A stretch of DNA of 64,000 bases from Candidatus Woesebacteria bacterium (GCA_003484955.1 DMZH01000001.1:151848-215847); one strand, 5' to 3'; counted from the first letter of the stretch, positions 37,420 to 47,951 are shown. Translations and numbers: made by a program. Notes: generated by a model from the sequence alone, not told the origin.

Positions 37420-39240
37420 TTACTTGTCAGTATAGGGATTTGTTGCCACCTTAATTACTTCCTGCGGCTTGGTTGTTATAAGTTTGTTTTCGTTATCCGA
37501 GGCAACAATTCTGATTGGTGCGTGGTGAGGTCCGGCAAAGAAAATTCCTTCTCCGACGTTGGCAGCCAGAAGAAGTCTCTTTTCTCCCTGGGAAAGGTAA
37601 AAGACCTCGCCAATCTTATCAATTGCCGCCGGGGATTGTTTCAGGAGGACCTGCATGGCGCTGTTTGTGACTATGGCCTTTCCTATGTCCTGTCCGAGGA
37701 AGTCTTCGACGTCCTGGGTTATCGTAGTGAGTCCCAGATAGTATTTGCGGGCCCTCTTGACAACACTCCACAAAAATTGGGCCGTATCGGGATACCTCAT
37801 CATGTGCCAAGCCTCGTCCACTATTAAAATTCTTTTCTTCAAGTCCTTTTTAACCCTTGTCCAAATATAATCAAGAATTATAAACATGGCGATGGGGCGG
37901 AGTGCGTCCTGCAGATCTTTAACGGAGAAAACAGTAAATGGGTTAGTGATATTAATGTTTGTTTGTTGGTCAAAAATTCCCACAAAACTCCCTTTGACAA
38001 ACTTTTCTATTCTGGCGGCCAGGTCCAAGGCGTCGGGAACCTCCATTCCAATAAGAGTTTTATAAAGATCTTCCATTAAAGGTGGTTCTTTTCCTTGAGT
38101 ATCAGGATCCATAGTTATTCCCTTGGCTTTATAGGTGATGATAAGGGCCCTATCCAAAAGCGCTTCCTGAGTTGGGGTAATTGCTCCCATAATTACTTTC
38201 ATCAGAGAGTGAAGTGAGAGAATTTTAAGTCCAAGCTGGTTTTCTCCTTCTTCTCTGATTTGTGATAAGTCGAAGGGGTTTATTTTTGCGGTTGAGTTGT
38301 ATGAGAAAGAAATATATTCGCCCCCCACGGCTTCAGCAATGGTTTTGTATTCGCTTTCAGGATCAATAACGATTGTTTCTATTCCGACCATGAGGGATCT
38401 AATTGCTTCCAGTTTGACAAAATAAGACTTGCCGGCGCCACTGGTTGCGAAGATTGTCATATTGGCGTTTTGCAGGCTAAATCTATCAAAAATGATAAAA
38501 GACTCGTTTTGGGAATTTATGCCAAAAAGTACGCCGCGGTCGCTTGAAAGCTCGGTCGAGGTTAGAGGAAAAGTGGTGGCAACGGAGGTTGTATCCATGT
38601 TTCTCGTAATGTTTAACCTGTCTATTCCAAAAGGAGCCGTTGCCGTAAAACCCTCGGACATATCAAGTATGGCATGTTTACTGACAATCATCAGGGATCC
38701 GAGTTGGGATTCAACCTGTTTGGTTATTTGGTTAAGCTCTTCGGGGGAGTTGGCGGGAATTGTTATATAAAATCCAAACTCATAAAAACGCTCGATTCCC
38801 TTTACAAGTTGTTCCTGTAGAGCCTGAGCGTCTTCAAGTTTTGCTTGGGTAAAAGGATCAACGATCTTGCCGCGCTCGATATCTGTCGTCATCTCCGCTT
38901 CCATTTCGGCAATTTTGCGTCTTAGATCGTCAAGCACGCTTTTTCCGTCTACAGGATAAATGTAAAAAGAAATGTCAAGTGAAGTATCAATGTTCACGAC
39001 CGGTTCAAGCCATCCGGGTGCAACGAATCTCGGATAACCTCCAACAAAAATAGTTCTGAAGTAGACATCGTTTATTTTTAAATAATCAAAATCTACCTCG
39101 ACAGATTGAGGGGAAATCACATCCAGTAAATTCATTTTTTGATTCATGACTGAAAAAGACGGAGATATAATCTGCGGTTTAGCCTCGGTTTCCTGGGTGG
39201 GAACCGTCGGTTGCTGGCCTTGTTTGTTGTCTGGTTTCAT
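37420..39240 (-). CDS. VirB4/TrbE/CagE-family type IV secretion ATPase
   Basis: 606 aa. Walker A FATSGAGKSYF, Walker B ILIVDEAWHM and a C-terminal GLTTITQD segment. The N-terminal half is collinear with VirB4 N-domains. Confidence 0.8.
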   Translation of the reverse strand: MKPDNKQGQQPTVPTQETEAKPQIISPSFSVMNQKMNLLDVISPQSVEVDFDYLKINDVYFRTIFVGGYPRFVAPGWLEPVVNIDTSLDISFYIYPVDGKSVLDDLRRKIAEMEAEMTTDIERGKIVDPFTQAKLEDAQALQEQLVKGIERFYEFGFYITIPANSPEELNQITKQVESQLGSLMIVSKHAILDMSEGFTATAPFGIDRLNITRNMDTTSVATTFPLTSTELSSDRGVLFGINSQNESFIIFDRFSLQNANMTIFATSGAGKSYFVKLEAIRSLMVGIETIVIDPESEYKTIAEAVGGEYISFSYNSTAKINPFDLSQIREEGENQLGLKILSLHSLMKVIMGAITPTQEALLDRALIITYKAKGITMDPDTQGKEPPLMEDLYKTLIGMEVPDALDLAARIEKFVKGSFVGIFDQQTNINITNPFTVFSVKDLQDALRPIAMFIILDYIWTRVKKDLKKRILIVDEAWHMMRYPDTAQFLWSVVKRARKYYLGLTTITQDVEDFLGQDIGKAIVTNSAMQVLLKQSPAAIDKIGEVFYLSQGEKRLLLAANVGEGIFFAGPHHAPIRIVASDNENKLITTKPQEVIKVATNPYTDK

Positions 39241-39920
39241 TTATTTTCGAGTATTACCTCGGGCTCCTTTTTAACGGCTGGCTTTTCCGGATTGTAAATT
39301 GAATAAAACAAGTTTATAAGCTCGGGAGTTATAAGTTGTTTGAATTTGATTCCAAGTCGTCCCGCCTGACGGATAAGATGATCGCGTCTTGGGTAAAGAG
39401 CAATTTTCGCTTTTTTAATAACATATGATTTAGTAAATGGAAGGGGTCCGGATAGTTTTGTGACTGCGGCTATAGATTTTGCTACCCCAAGCTCAAGTGG
39501 GGACAGATAAAGAACGACAAAAAATCTTTTTCCCAAAACATTTTTCTTTTTAACGGATTCGGTTATAAAGTTTTTATAATCCTGCATGAGCTTTGCAAGA
39601 AGGGGCTGAGTAATCTTTTTTGATTGCTCATCCAGAAAGTTTAGATATGATGAAATATCTTTCTTTTGAGTTAAAACAACAATTTGTACGGAAAAAGTAA
39701 GTGAATTTATCATGGCTGCATAAGCAGCAATTACGGCCTCCTGCTCTTTTTCTGAAAGGAGCCCGAAGTTCAGGGAGGTTGACTCCATGATAAGAGCCGC
39801 TCCGCCATCTTTATAAATAACGATGTCATTGGTAATGTCGGCAACAGGTACAAAATCCTGGGTGGTTGAAGTTAAAGGTTTGTCGGGAATGTTTATAAAT
39901 GGAATTTTGGGTATATTCAT
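39237..39920 (-). CDS. hypothetical T4SS-associated protein (possible split-off VirB4-N-like or accessory)
   Basis: 227 aa, soluble. Translationally coupled to both flanking genes (4-nt overlaps). No enzymatic motif. Confidence 0.3.
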   Translation of the reverse strand: MNIPKIPFINIPDKPLTSTTQDFVPVADITNDIVIYKDGGAALIMESTSLNFGLLSEKEQEAVIAAYAAMINSLTFSVQIVVLTQKKDISSYLNFLDEQSKKITQPLLAKLMQDYKNFITESVKKKNVLGKRFFVVLYLSPLELGVAKSIAAVTKLSGPLPFTKSYVIKKAKIALYPRRDHLIRQAGRLGIKFKQLITPELINLFYSIYNPEKPAVKKEPEVILENK

Positions 39921-40984
39921 TGGTTTGTCAGTATATTTGTCGGTTGTTGCATTGGGACTGCTTGAGTTGTTACAAGTGATCTTCCTTCGACCAGAATCGG
40001 GGGAATAATTTCTCCTTTGGCCTCAAAATTAACGGGCATAAATTGATATCCGTCCTTTTCACTGATAATGCCGTATTGGCCATTATCAAGAGCGGTGACC
40101 GCCATAAAATGTCCGAGTTTGTTGCTTCTAAGAGCTCTAATGGGTCTGCCGTATTCGTCTCTAATCTCAATAATTGCTCCCTCGATGATTCTTCTTGCCT
40201 CGTCAACAACCTGACCCACCACTACGTTGGGATATGTAGGCGGGTTCGGGGGAGTGGCATCAATTGAAAAAATAGCTTCTCTGGTAGAAACTATTTCTTC
40301 TCCGGCAATTGTAGGATTAACATGCTGAGTCTGGATTTGTACTGTTTGAGAAATGGGTTGAATCCTTTCCTCAACAACAAGATGGGTAGTTTGCATGGGG
40401 GTTATTTTGACAGGTGTGCTTACAGGAATCTCCAGTTTCTTGGGAGTAGGGGGGGGTGTTGGAACGGCGGGAGCTTGGACTGTGGCCACAGGAGTGATGG
40501 GACTTTTAATTCCGGCAAACATTCCGGCAAGAGCAGCCAGAAAACCCTGTTCCGCACCTTCCAATTTGGCAAGGGGTCCGGCCATTTGTTTGGCGCTTTC
40601 CAAATAGTTTTTGAGAGCGGCATCTTGGTTTTGATTTCCTTGTTGGGGCGAAATGTTGCTAGTCGCAGTTTCATCTTGAAAAAACTTAGGCATTTCTTTT
40701 GTTTTTTTCCAGTTGAAAATTGTTGGAGAATAGATTGTTTTGAAAAACGACAGAATCCACTGTTCCAGGGGACGCTCCTCAAGAGGTATAAAAGCCATGG
40801 CAGCACCCAAAATTACAGAAACAATTGCAAACGGCCATTTGATTATTCCGATGAGGGGGGAGGAATAAAAAATTAGACCAACCAAAAAACCACCCGCGAG
40901 TTGGAAAAACTGTTTAAGGGTCATATCTCCCACCAATCGGAATTGGTAAGAAGATATATTTTGCGGAATCGGATGTTGTTCCAT
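39917..40984 (-). CDS. PrgI/VirB3-like small-hairpin membrane protein with Pro-rich extension
   Basis: 355 aa. N-terminus has two TM helices (FLVGLIFYSSPLIGIIKWPFAIVSVILGAAMAFIPL) in the position and style of VirB3/PrgI proteins. The middle is Pro/Thr-rich and a C-terminal globular domain follows. Confidence 0.35.
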   Translation of the reverse strand: MEQHPIPQNISSYQFRLVGDMTLKQFFQLAGGFLVGLIFYSSPLIGIIKWPFAIVSVILGAAMAFIPLEERPLEQWILSFFKTIYSPTIFNWKKTKEMPKFFQDETATSNISPQQGNQNQDAALKNYLESAKQMAGPLAKLEGAEQGFLAALAGMFAGIKSPITPVATVQAPAVPTPPPTPKKLEIPVSTPVKITPMQTTHLVVEERIQPISQTVQIQTQHVNPTIAGEEIVSTREAIFSIDATPPNPPTYPNVVVGQVVDEARRIIEGAIIEIRDEYGRPIRALRSNKLGHFMAVTALDNGQYGIISEKDGYQFMPVNFEAKGEIIPPILVEGRSLVTTQAVPMQQPTNILTNQ

Positions 40985-41126
40985 GCTTTTAAGGCAGGGT
41001 GAAGAAAACCAAAAGCAATCTTTTTTGTCTTTACCCTATACTTCTAGGCTACAGCGTGAACGACTGCTTTCAAGTGGTATACTTTTTCACAACAAATAAG
41101 TATTAATCTTTTGCTTCAGGACAATC

Positions 41127-43847
41127 TTGTTATATAATTTGCATATGCCCGACGGTATGTCACCTGAAAATAAACCACAATCAAGCATTGAATTTATGAA
41201 ATCCCTCGGAGGGCCGACTAGGCTTCCTGCAAATGAGATAACAAGTCAGGCTGCAAAAGATTTTCCACAGCCTGAATCAAGAGCAAATGTTCCTGATATT
41301 AGAATGGAATTGAAAAAAAATCAAAATGAGCAAGATAGGGAATACCTTGAAAGGCAGTTATCTTATGAAAGATTTGTTGAAGATGCAGAAGCACGTATTA
41401 ACAGTACAACTTTGCCGTGGGAGGCTAGGATGGCTGTTCGCGATACCGCGTTTCAATTTATTGATGCGCCACCAGGTTTGGGTGACAACTGGGGTGTCCA
41501 AAGGCTATACAATTTTTTGAGTTCTAGGGAATCGGCAATTCAAAAATTAATAGCACCTGAAGCCGCAAAACAAGCCATTGGTTTAGATGAGGAACCTTGG
41601 CGAGACACAAGTCTAATTAATAGACAAGACAGAACCCTATTACTGACGTCTTTAATGGATACAAATAGTATCTCGAAAACCGATGCGGGGAAAATCGTTA
41701 AAGATAGAGAACAAAAAGCAAAAGAAAGGGCCCCGTATTTTTGTGAAGAGCTTTTGAGAAGTAGGGATGAGTTAGCACTTATTAGGAAATTAACTTTTCT
41801 TTGGTGGGGTTGGAGAAATTCGGCTTCAGGTCAAGAAGTGGGCAATTTCTACATGGAAAACAAAATTACATCCTTGCCACAGCCAAAAGATTTTGCAAAA
41901 CTTTTAAAAACCCCCTCGTATTTTATTTCAGGTGAAGAAAAATTGAAGCCTGGTGATGACAGAGAGGCACAGAAATTACCCGGTTATCCAAGTAAGGATA
42001 AAATTGAGAGGTTTCTTACTACTGTAGAAAAAAGATCAAAAGAAAATGAGCCAATGGGGCAAGTAATAGAGAAGGAGATGCGAATAATGTACACAATAGC
42101 CCTGGGTGACCAGCCAGAAAGATTAATGGAGTGGAAATTCAATGCAGAAAGAGGAAAGCTTAATGAAACCCTCGAACAGAAGGGTATAAATTTGGATTAT
42201 TTGATTCTAAGAGACAAAGGAATAAATTATCATGACCCAGTTGAGGATAAAAAAATACAAGATGTTATAAACGCCTTAAACGATTCGGAAAGGGAGGCAA
42301 TAGAAAACGCTTGGTGGAAACAACTTGGTTTTAAAAATGCGGCAGATGGAAAAGAAGTTATAGGCGACCCTGAAATGTGGATTCCTATAAAGGCAAGAAG
42401 GGGGGATCCCAATATTGGCGCAGCGTTACAAGTAGAATCGTTTGACAGAGATGCCAGGAAAGAACAAATTAATGGGGTCTTACTAAGTTTAAAAAAAGAT
42501 TGGCAGGACCTTTCCCCACTAAATAATCATACCCCTGCAGAAACAGAAGCACTTAGAAAAAAAATAAATGAAGAGATTAACAAGCTACGTAGTCTAGCTA
42601 CGGTGTCTGACAAGAACGGTAAATTAATTACAGTTATCCCGTCTCTGCCCCTAGAAAATGAGTTGAAGCTAAGGGGGCGAGCGACCAAACTAGGATGTGT
42701 TTGGGCGAGGGTGCAGTTGGCAGAAGGTAAAGAGGAATTATTTAAGAGGACTCTCCCAGAACTGGCAGGTGGAGACAAACTTGCCTTTGAAATGTCAGAG
42801 GCCGCAATGGGTCTTTTTGGAATACCAGCCAAATGGGGTTATAACATGAGAGATTATGACCCTTCTTCACCCAAGTTTGGCGACAGTGAATGGAAAGTGG
42901 ACGTGGAGGCTTGGCCGTACACTTCGGAATTCCAAAATATTTTGGCACTAGATAAATTTTCCAGGTACAAAGCTGAAGCTTTTGGACCAGATGGATCTAG
43001 AAATAGGTTTGGACCTCTGATGACAGATTATCTTACCGCAAATCTGATTAGGGATTATGACGAAAATGGAAATGAACTTTTTGTAATTTTTGACAAAGAC
43101 GGGAACTTAAGAAAAGGTAGAGCCGATGAGGGCCTTGTCATTGCGGATACCTCAAGAACTATTTTGCAAGAATGGGAAAAAGGAACCTCATTGAGCGAAG
43201 AAAGGTTGTGGAGAGATGTCCAAGAAGATCCTTTTAGACGTTTCTTATTAAGAAGCTTTTTTGCTGAAGGTAAAGCCGCTCTAGGACCCGGTGGAAATGC
43301 TCTGATGGACTTTTGGAGAAAGAAGGAATGGGACTTAGATAGAGACTTTAATGAGAAATTACTTGATGATTATAAATTGGCAAGGAGGGTAGCTTTAAAA
43401 GCCGAGCTTGACAAAGAGGACATATGGAGAGATATCGTTGCTCCAATTGATGATAAATATAAAGCCGATGCGGCAAATTGCCTTACAAGGTTAAGTCAGG
43501 CCAAAGATATAGCCACCAGGCAAGTGATAATGGAAGAATACTCTTCACTATATGCTAAGTGGAATGATGAGAGATGGAAAGAGGTTTTTAATTATGTAGA
43601 CCAAACCTGGTGGAATGGGGTTATGTCGACACGTTCTTGTGTCCAGTGGGGCATCCAGGAAGTCGAAGTTGCAAAAAAAGAAATTGGGGCCCCATTAATT
43701 CTTAATAGACCGAGTAGAGTACTAACAAATTTTGCCAAAAATGCCAAAAGTAGAGGGATCAATTTATTTGGAAAATACAGTATTCCTGTTAAAGATACAC
43801 CATCAGTTATGGAGTCTGCACGTAAAGAATTTGAATCAAAAAATTGA
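41127..43847 (+). CDS. large hypothetical soluble protein on the opposite strand inside the T4SS-like locus
   Basis: 906 aa from a TTG at 41127; the first ATG is at 41145 (MPDGMSPEN...). It has no TM segments or signal peptide, is rich in W/R/E/D, and has no recognisable catalytic motif. Confidence 0.4.
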   Translation: MLYNLHMPDGMSPENKPQSSIEFMKSLGGPTRLPANEITSQAAKDFPQPESRANVPDIRMELKKNQNEQDREYLERQLSYERFVEDAEARINSTTLPWEARMAVRDTAFQFIDAPPGLGDNWGVQRLYNFLSSRESAIQKLIAPEAAKQAIGLDEEPWRDTSLINRQDRTLLLTSLMDTNSISKTDAGKIVKDREQKAKERAPYFCEELLRSRDELALIRKLTFLWWGWRNSASGQEVGNFYMENKITSLPQPKDFAKLLKTPSYFISGEEKLKPGDDREAQKLPGYPSKDKIERFLTTVEKRSKENEPMGQVIEKEMRIMYTIALGDQPERLMEWKFNAERGKLNETLEQKGINLDYLILRDKGINYHDPVEDKKIQDVINALNDSEREAIENAWWKQLGFKNAADGKEVIGDPEMWIPIKARRGDPNIGAALQVESFDRDARKEQINGVLLSLKKDWQDLSPLNNHTPAETEALRKKINEEINKLRSLATVSDKNGKLITVIPSLPLENELKLRGRATKLGCVWARVQLAEGKEELFKRTLPELAGGDKLAFEMSEAAMGLFGIPAKWGYNMRDYDPSSPKFGDSEWKVDVEAWPYTSEFQNILALDKFSRYKAEAFGPDGSRNRFGPLMTDYLTANLIRDYDENGNELFVIFDKDGNLRKGRADEGLVIADTSRTILQEWEKGTSLSEERLWRDVQEDPFRRFLLRSFFAEGKAALGPGGNALMDFWRKKEWDLDRDFNEKLLDDYKLARRVALKAELDKEDIWRDIVAPIDDKYKADAANCLTRLSQAKDIATRQVIMEEYSSLYAKWNDERWKEVFNYVDQTWWNGVMSTRSCVQWGIQEVEVAKKEIGAPLILNRPSRVLTNFAKNAKSRGINLFGKYSIPVKDTPSVMESARKEFESKN

Positions 43848-43855
43848 CCTAATTG

Positions 43856-45454
43856 TTAGTGAGGCGCGACTTTGGATATTGTTGTTCCAGCATTGGATGT
43901 TTGTCTTCCGAATACTTCCGCACTTGCCGCTCGCCCAGACCTCTTATCGTATTGGGTTTGAGTGATTCTACCTTTATTAAGTTGATTTAATAATTGTTTC
44001 TGTCGCTGCTGCGCTGCCCACTCGATTGTTGCGCCACCAGTTCCTGCTATTTGACCAACAGTTCCTGCCGCACGACCAATATCAGTTCCATATTCAAACG
44101 GTTTGCCTGCAAACAGGGATTGAACCAGCTCCACAACCTTTGTTATCTGGCTAAAAACAAAGAAGCTTATAAATACCCAGATAAGTTGTGATTCTCCGCC
44201 GGATGTGCCTATTGAGAATGGAGGATTAAAGCTTGGTGCTGCACCTATTACAGCCTTCATTGGATGAAAAGGTGTGTTTTCTGCCACCTCCATGGGTACA
44301 TTCATGCCTTGTTTTAGGAAGAAAAATGAGAAGAAAATCATGATGACCAAAACCGGGTATACAGCGACATACGACGTTATTTGTTTAAGCCAGCCACCAA
44401 AACCGGATTTGTTGGTAATAGTTCCAAACAGAATTTGTAATGGGCCAAGCACAATCGTTATCATTAACATAGCAAAATTTTTAATCATCACAATAATTAT
44501 TTTGATAGACCACCAAAGGATTGCGAGTATTGAGAGTATTGCAAAAATTACCAGAAGGATACCCGCCCACCATTGTTTTCCGCTATTAGCAACAGAAAGA
44601 ACAGCATTAGCCAGAAAATGCCACCAATATGAATACATAATGCCAAATCCACTATTTCTAGTCAGAAATTGTTCAAACAAATCTGGTGGAGAGTACCCAC
44701 TCAAACCACCCGTGCTTATAATTGTGGCAATAAGTCCAATAACCACGTACATAAGGTCAATAACAAGACCTGCTATGGCATAAGAAAAGGTTATTAAGAT
44801 AAGAGATACGACCAGTTTTGGGATGGCGGACTGAATGGTTATCACGGTTTGGGGATTTATTTTGACCCTGAACATAATCATAAATGCTATTACAATTGTG
44901 GCGAAAACAAGAAGACTGAAACTAATATTTCTTGTAATTTTCCAAAGACGGAGGACTGATTCTCCTGCGTTTAGACCTACACCATCGGCGGCTTTTACTG
45001 TGGTTATGGGGGAAATCTTCTGCGAGAGATCCTTGACATAACCGACTCCAGAAATAGAACCACCGTTTACCGTTTGCATGTAAACCGATGCCAAACTTTG
45101 GCTGTTGGATACGCTAGCACTTGGATTTAAAATTTCTTGCAATTCATTTGGGAGAGCTGTTATACAATTGTCAATTTGTCCTCCCACAACACAGATAAAA
45201 AGGTCAGGATTACCGGGAACAAGATTCAAAATTGTCGAGAATAAACCATACACTACCCACTGGACCTGGGCGGCTGTATAACGTTCTCCAAAAATCTCAC
45301 TTGATGGCGAGGTGTTTGAATCATAAACTTTAGCATACCAATCAATTAGGCCTTGATTATACCAAGTTGCCTGAGCCTTAGCCTGAGAAAGGGGAGCCAA
45401 AGAGAAAAGGAAAGTAGTGCCGATTAGAAAAGATATGAGCAGTTTTTTAAACAT
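43856..45454 (-). CDS. VirB6/TrbL-like polytopic type IV secretion inner-membrane protein
   Basis: 532 aa. Signal peptide (LAPLSQAKAQA), a periplasmic domain of about 170 aa, then 6-7 TM helices and a hydrophilic Q/R/K-rich C-terminal tail. Topology matches VirB6/TrbL; primary sequence is divergent. Confidence 0.5.
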   Translation of the reverse strand: MFKKLLISFLIGTTFLFSLAPLSQAKAQATWYNQGLIDWYAKVYDSNTSPSSEIFGERYTAAQVQWVVYGLFSTILNLVPGNPDLFICVVGGQIDNCITALPNELQEILNPSASVSNSQSLASVYMQTVNGGSISGVGYVKDLSQKISPITTVKAADGVGLNAGESVLRLWKITRNISFSLLVFATIVIAFMIMFRVKINPQTVITIQSAIPKLVVSLILITFSYAIAGLVIDLMYVVIGLIATIISTGGLSGYSPPDLFEQFLTRNSGFGIMYSYWWHFLANAVLSVANSGKQWWAGILLVIFAILSILAILWWSIKIIIVMIKNFAMLMITIVLGPLQILFGTITNKSGFGGWLKQITSYVAVYPVLVIMIFFSFFFLKQGMNVPMEVAENTPFHPMKAVIGAAPSFNPPFSIGTSGGESQLIWVFISFFVFSQITKVVELVQSLFAGKPFEYGTDIGRAAGTVGQIAGTGGATIEWAAQQRQKQLLNQLNKGRITQTQYDKRSGRAASAEVFGRQTSNAGTTISKVAPH

Positions 45455-45487
45455 GGCAGGTGCCTCTAATTGATTATTAGGATAGCA

Positions 45488-47914
45488 TTAATTTGGGTAA
45501 TTAGGTAGTGCTATTCCCGGTGCAATTACGGAATAAATAAAGTTCAAATCGTTCGTATAACTTGATATTTTATCTTTTTCGTTTTGATTTATTGGGGAGC
45601 AGTGTCCAAACCAAAACATTGAAATAAAAGTATTCATATCCTTTTTACCACACTTGGCAGCATATGAACTTGGTAAATTTAAAAAGAAGTCTAGTTGTTT
45701 ACTAAAATTATTAGTCGGTACACTTTGATTACCATGGATACCAAAATCTTCGACAGGATAGTTTACAGCCTCGTAATTACTTGCATCGGATTCATGAATC
45801 CAAATAGCAAGAGCAAATATTGGATTTATATTTTTGCTTTTTGACCTCTGAATAACATCATTATTACATTCTTTGAAGTACGGTTTGCCGGGACCTGTCG
45901 CATACCAGATCTTGGTTATATTTTCCGCCTCGGTTTTATTTAAACCATTCACCGCAATTTCCGGAATGGTTTGATTACAATTTATTTCACCGCCACTGCC
46001 GGTATCTTCATCAGAATTCGGTGCAAAAGAAATAGTGTCACCAAGCCCTTTAGGTCTGAGGGCGGTTTGAATACCATTTAAAAAGTATTCAGAAATTCCT
46101 CCCAGATGAGGAAGTTTTAAATCAGTGTTTGATTGAGAGATATCCGTACCCGAATAATCAATATTAGTAGATCCCGGTATATCTATTATCTGCCCGACGC
46201 TTCCCGCCGTGTTGGTTTTTGGGAAAATTCTCTTGAAAACCGCCATTGGACCCGCCACAAGGCGCGACCAAATATCGTCGGCGAGAGGAATTTTTGAGGT
46301 AGTTGAGAGGTTGATATAAACATCCTTTTTACATTCCTGGGTGGGAGTGGGAACGGATATTGGGCTGGCGTCAGGATAGAGACAATCTGCACGGCATTCG
46401 TTGGGCGCGCCCCCAAAATAGGTACATCTTTCATAACAACCGGTGGGGACAGGGGCGTCAAAAGTACAAGAAAAATTAGCTGTATAGGAAAGATCCCCCG
46501 TCAGCTGTGTGGCAAAAAGATCATCTCCTTTATTTGAACGCACCTCAACGGTATTACAGGAAGTTTCCGATGCAACATTTGTCGGACTCCCTACTTTGCC
46601 TTCTCCTTTTGGAGCATATGTATCTTGCAGGAGAGAACTAAGCTGGTCAGATTCTTCCATGTGGGAGAAAAAGAGAGTAGCGGGATTTTGATTTGAGAAT
46701 GCAATATTTTTTACAATTACATTTGAGTCTGACGTGCCTTGCGCGGATGATACTTGATCGATGGAAATATTTCCTTCGACATCCTCAGTTGAAGAGAGGG
46801 GGATATAGGAAAAAAGATCAGCATATTTATTTGGAACCAAGATGTTGTCAAGGCAAACCAGATAATTGATAGCGGGGACTATTACACAAGTTTTACCCTG
46901 CCATTCGTTGTAATATTTTTTATATTCCAGACTTGTCATTTGACGTGTCGGTTTTGCGAAAGGATCATCACTCCAGGGAAGGGGAGGAGTTCTTTTGTTC
47001 CAGTGGTTTGCAACAGATGTCCTTATGGCATCCTGAATTCCTGCTATGTTTGGAATTAGCGCAGATATTGCATCAATAATTTTATTGGACCCACTATTCC
47101 AAAATGACAAATCTCCATCCCAGGACCCGAGTCGATAGACGTCATTTTGAGCCTTTGTGTTATTGCCTTGATAACAACTGACGGGTTTACTTTTTCCTAA
47201 CCCAAGAACATCTTGAATTCGACCGGCGAATCCTCCTGAACCCTGTTTTGCACAGACAGCGATTTGATTATGATTTGTTTCTCCGACATTATTGATTGTA
47301 TTAATTCTTTGTGCATCTAAAATAATACCGGGAAGAAGTTTTTGGATAGGACCAGATAAATTAATTGTGTTGTAATCTGTGTTTTTAGCCTCTCCGTATT
47401 CTGCACGATTGATAACGCCGTTTAAGTACCAACTGACATATTCATTTGTCTTTTCCGCATCAGTAAGTTTGTCTGTTGGATTTTGAGAGTTAATAACGTC
47501 TTCCGTATTACCCATAAATGGCAGGTCTGCTCCACTCAGATCAATCGTAATTTGGTGACTGGGGACAGAAACGTTGTATGTGCAATAAACTTTACTTCCT
47601 TTTGTAGTGCAATTACCACCTCCTCCTGTGTATGTTTTTTCGATGGTTTCCTTCAAGGTGAGACTGTTTCCGCAAAAAGTTGCTTCACTGGCCGTTTGAG
47701 AAGTGCATTGGGTATTTGCTTGGTATGGACGAAGAGAGTTAAATTCAGTATCGGAAACATTCCCACAGGAGATGTTTGTATTGGCAGGAACTTGGGCATT
47801 TACAGTTCCAATTTCTAATTTCGAATTTCTAATTTCTAATAAAATTACAATTAATAAAATCACAAGAACTAAAAGTTTAAAATTCAAGATTTTAGATTTG
47901 AGATCGAGAATCAT
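45488..47914 (-). CDS. large Cys-rich secreted protein, possibly with C-terminal lysozyme-like/transglycosylase-like domain
   Basis: 808 aa with an N-terminal TM anchor and about 24 Cys in clusters (CTSQTASEATFCGN, CNTVEVRS...CTFDAPVPTGCYERCTYFGGAPNECRADC). The C-terminal segment NPIFALAIWIHESDASNY loosely resembles the catalytic Glu-Ser region of SLT/GH73 peptidoglycan hydrolases; this is a weak call. Confidence 0.35.
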   Translation of the reverse strand: MILDLKSKILNFKLLVLVILLIVILLEIRNSKLEIGTVNAQVPANTNISCGNVSDTEFNSLRPYQANTQCTSQTASEATFCGNSLTLKETIEKTYTGGGGNCTTKGSKVYCTYNVSVPSHQITIDLSGADLPFMGNTEDVINSQNPTDKLTDAEKTNEYVSWYLNGVINRAEYGEAKNTDYNTINLSGPIQKLLPGIILDAQRINTINNVGETNHNQIAVCAKQGSGGFAGRIQDVLGLGKSKPVSCYQGNNTKAQNDVYRLGSWDGDLSFWNSGSNKIIDAISALIPNIAGIQDAIRTSVANHWNKRTPPLPWSDDPFAKPTRQMTSLEYKKYYNEWQGKTCVIVPAINYLVCLDNILVPNKYADLFSYIPLSSTEDVEGNISIDQVSSAQGTSDSNVIVKNIAFSNQNPATLFFSHMEESDQLSSLLQDTYAPKGEGKVGSPTNVASETSCNTVEVRSNKGDDLFATQLTGDLSYTANFSCTFDAPVPTGCYERCTYFGGAPNECRADCLYPDASPISVPTPTQECKKDVYINLSTTSKIPLADDIWSRLVAGPMAVFKRIFPKTNTAGSVGQIIDIPGSTNIDYSGTDISQSNTDLKLPHLGGISEYFLNGIQTALRPKGLGDTISFAPNSDEDTGSGGEINCNQTIPEIAVNGLNKTEAENITKIWYATGPGKPYFKECNNDVIQRSKSKNINPIFALAIWIHESDASNYEAVNYPVEDFGIHGNQSVPTNNFSKQLDFFLNLPSSYAAKCGKKDMNTFISMFWFGHCSPINQNEKDKISSYTNDLNFIYSVIAPGIALPNYPN

Positions 47915-47951
47915 GTCTAATTATTATATCAGTTAAACCTGAGAAGGTTTA

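Noticed and set aside
39237-39920. Possibility that the 227-aa ORF plus the 606-aa ORF represent a frameshifted single VirB4
   Set aside because: The 606-aa protein already contains a VirB4-like N-terminal domain before its Walker A. The two ORFs overlap by a clean 4-nt ATGA coupling, so they are probably separate genes.
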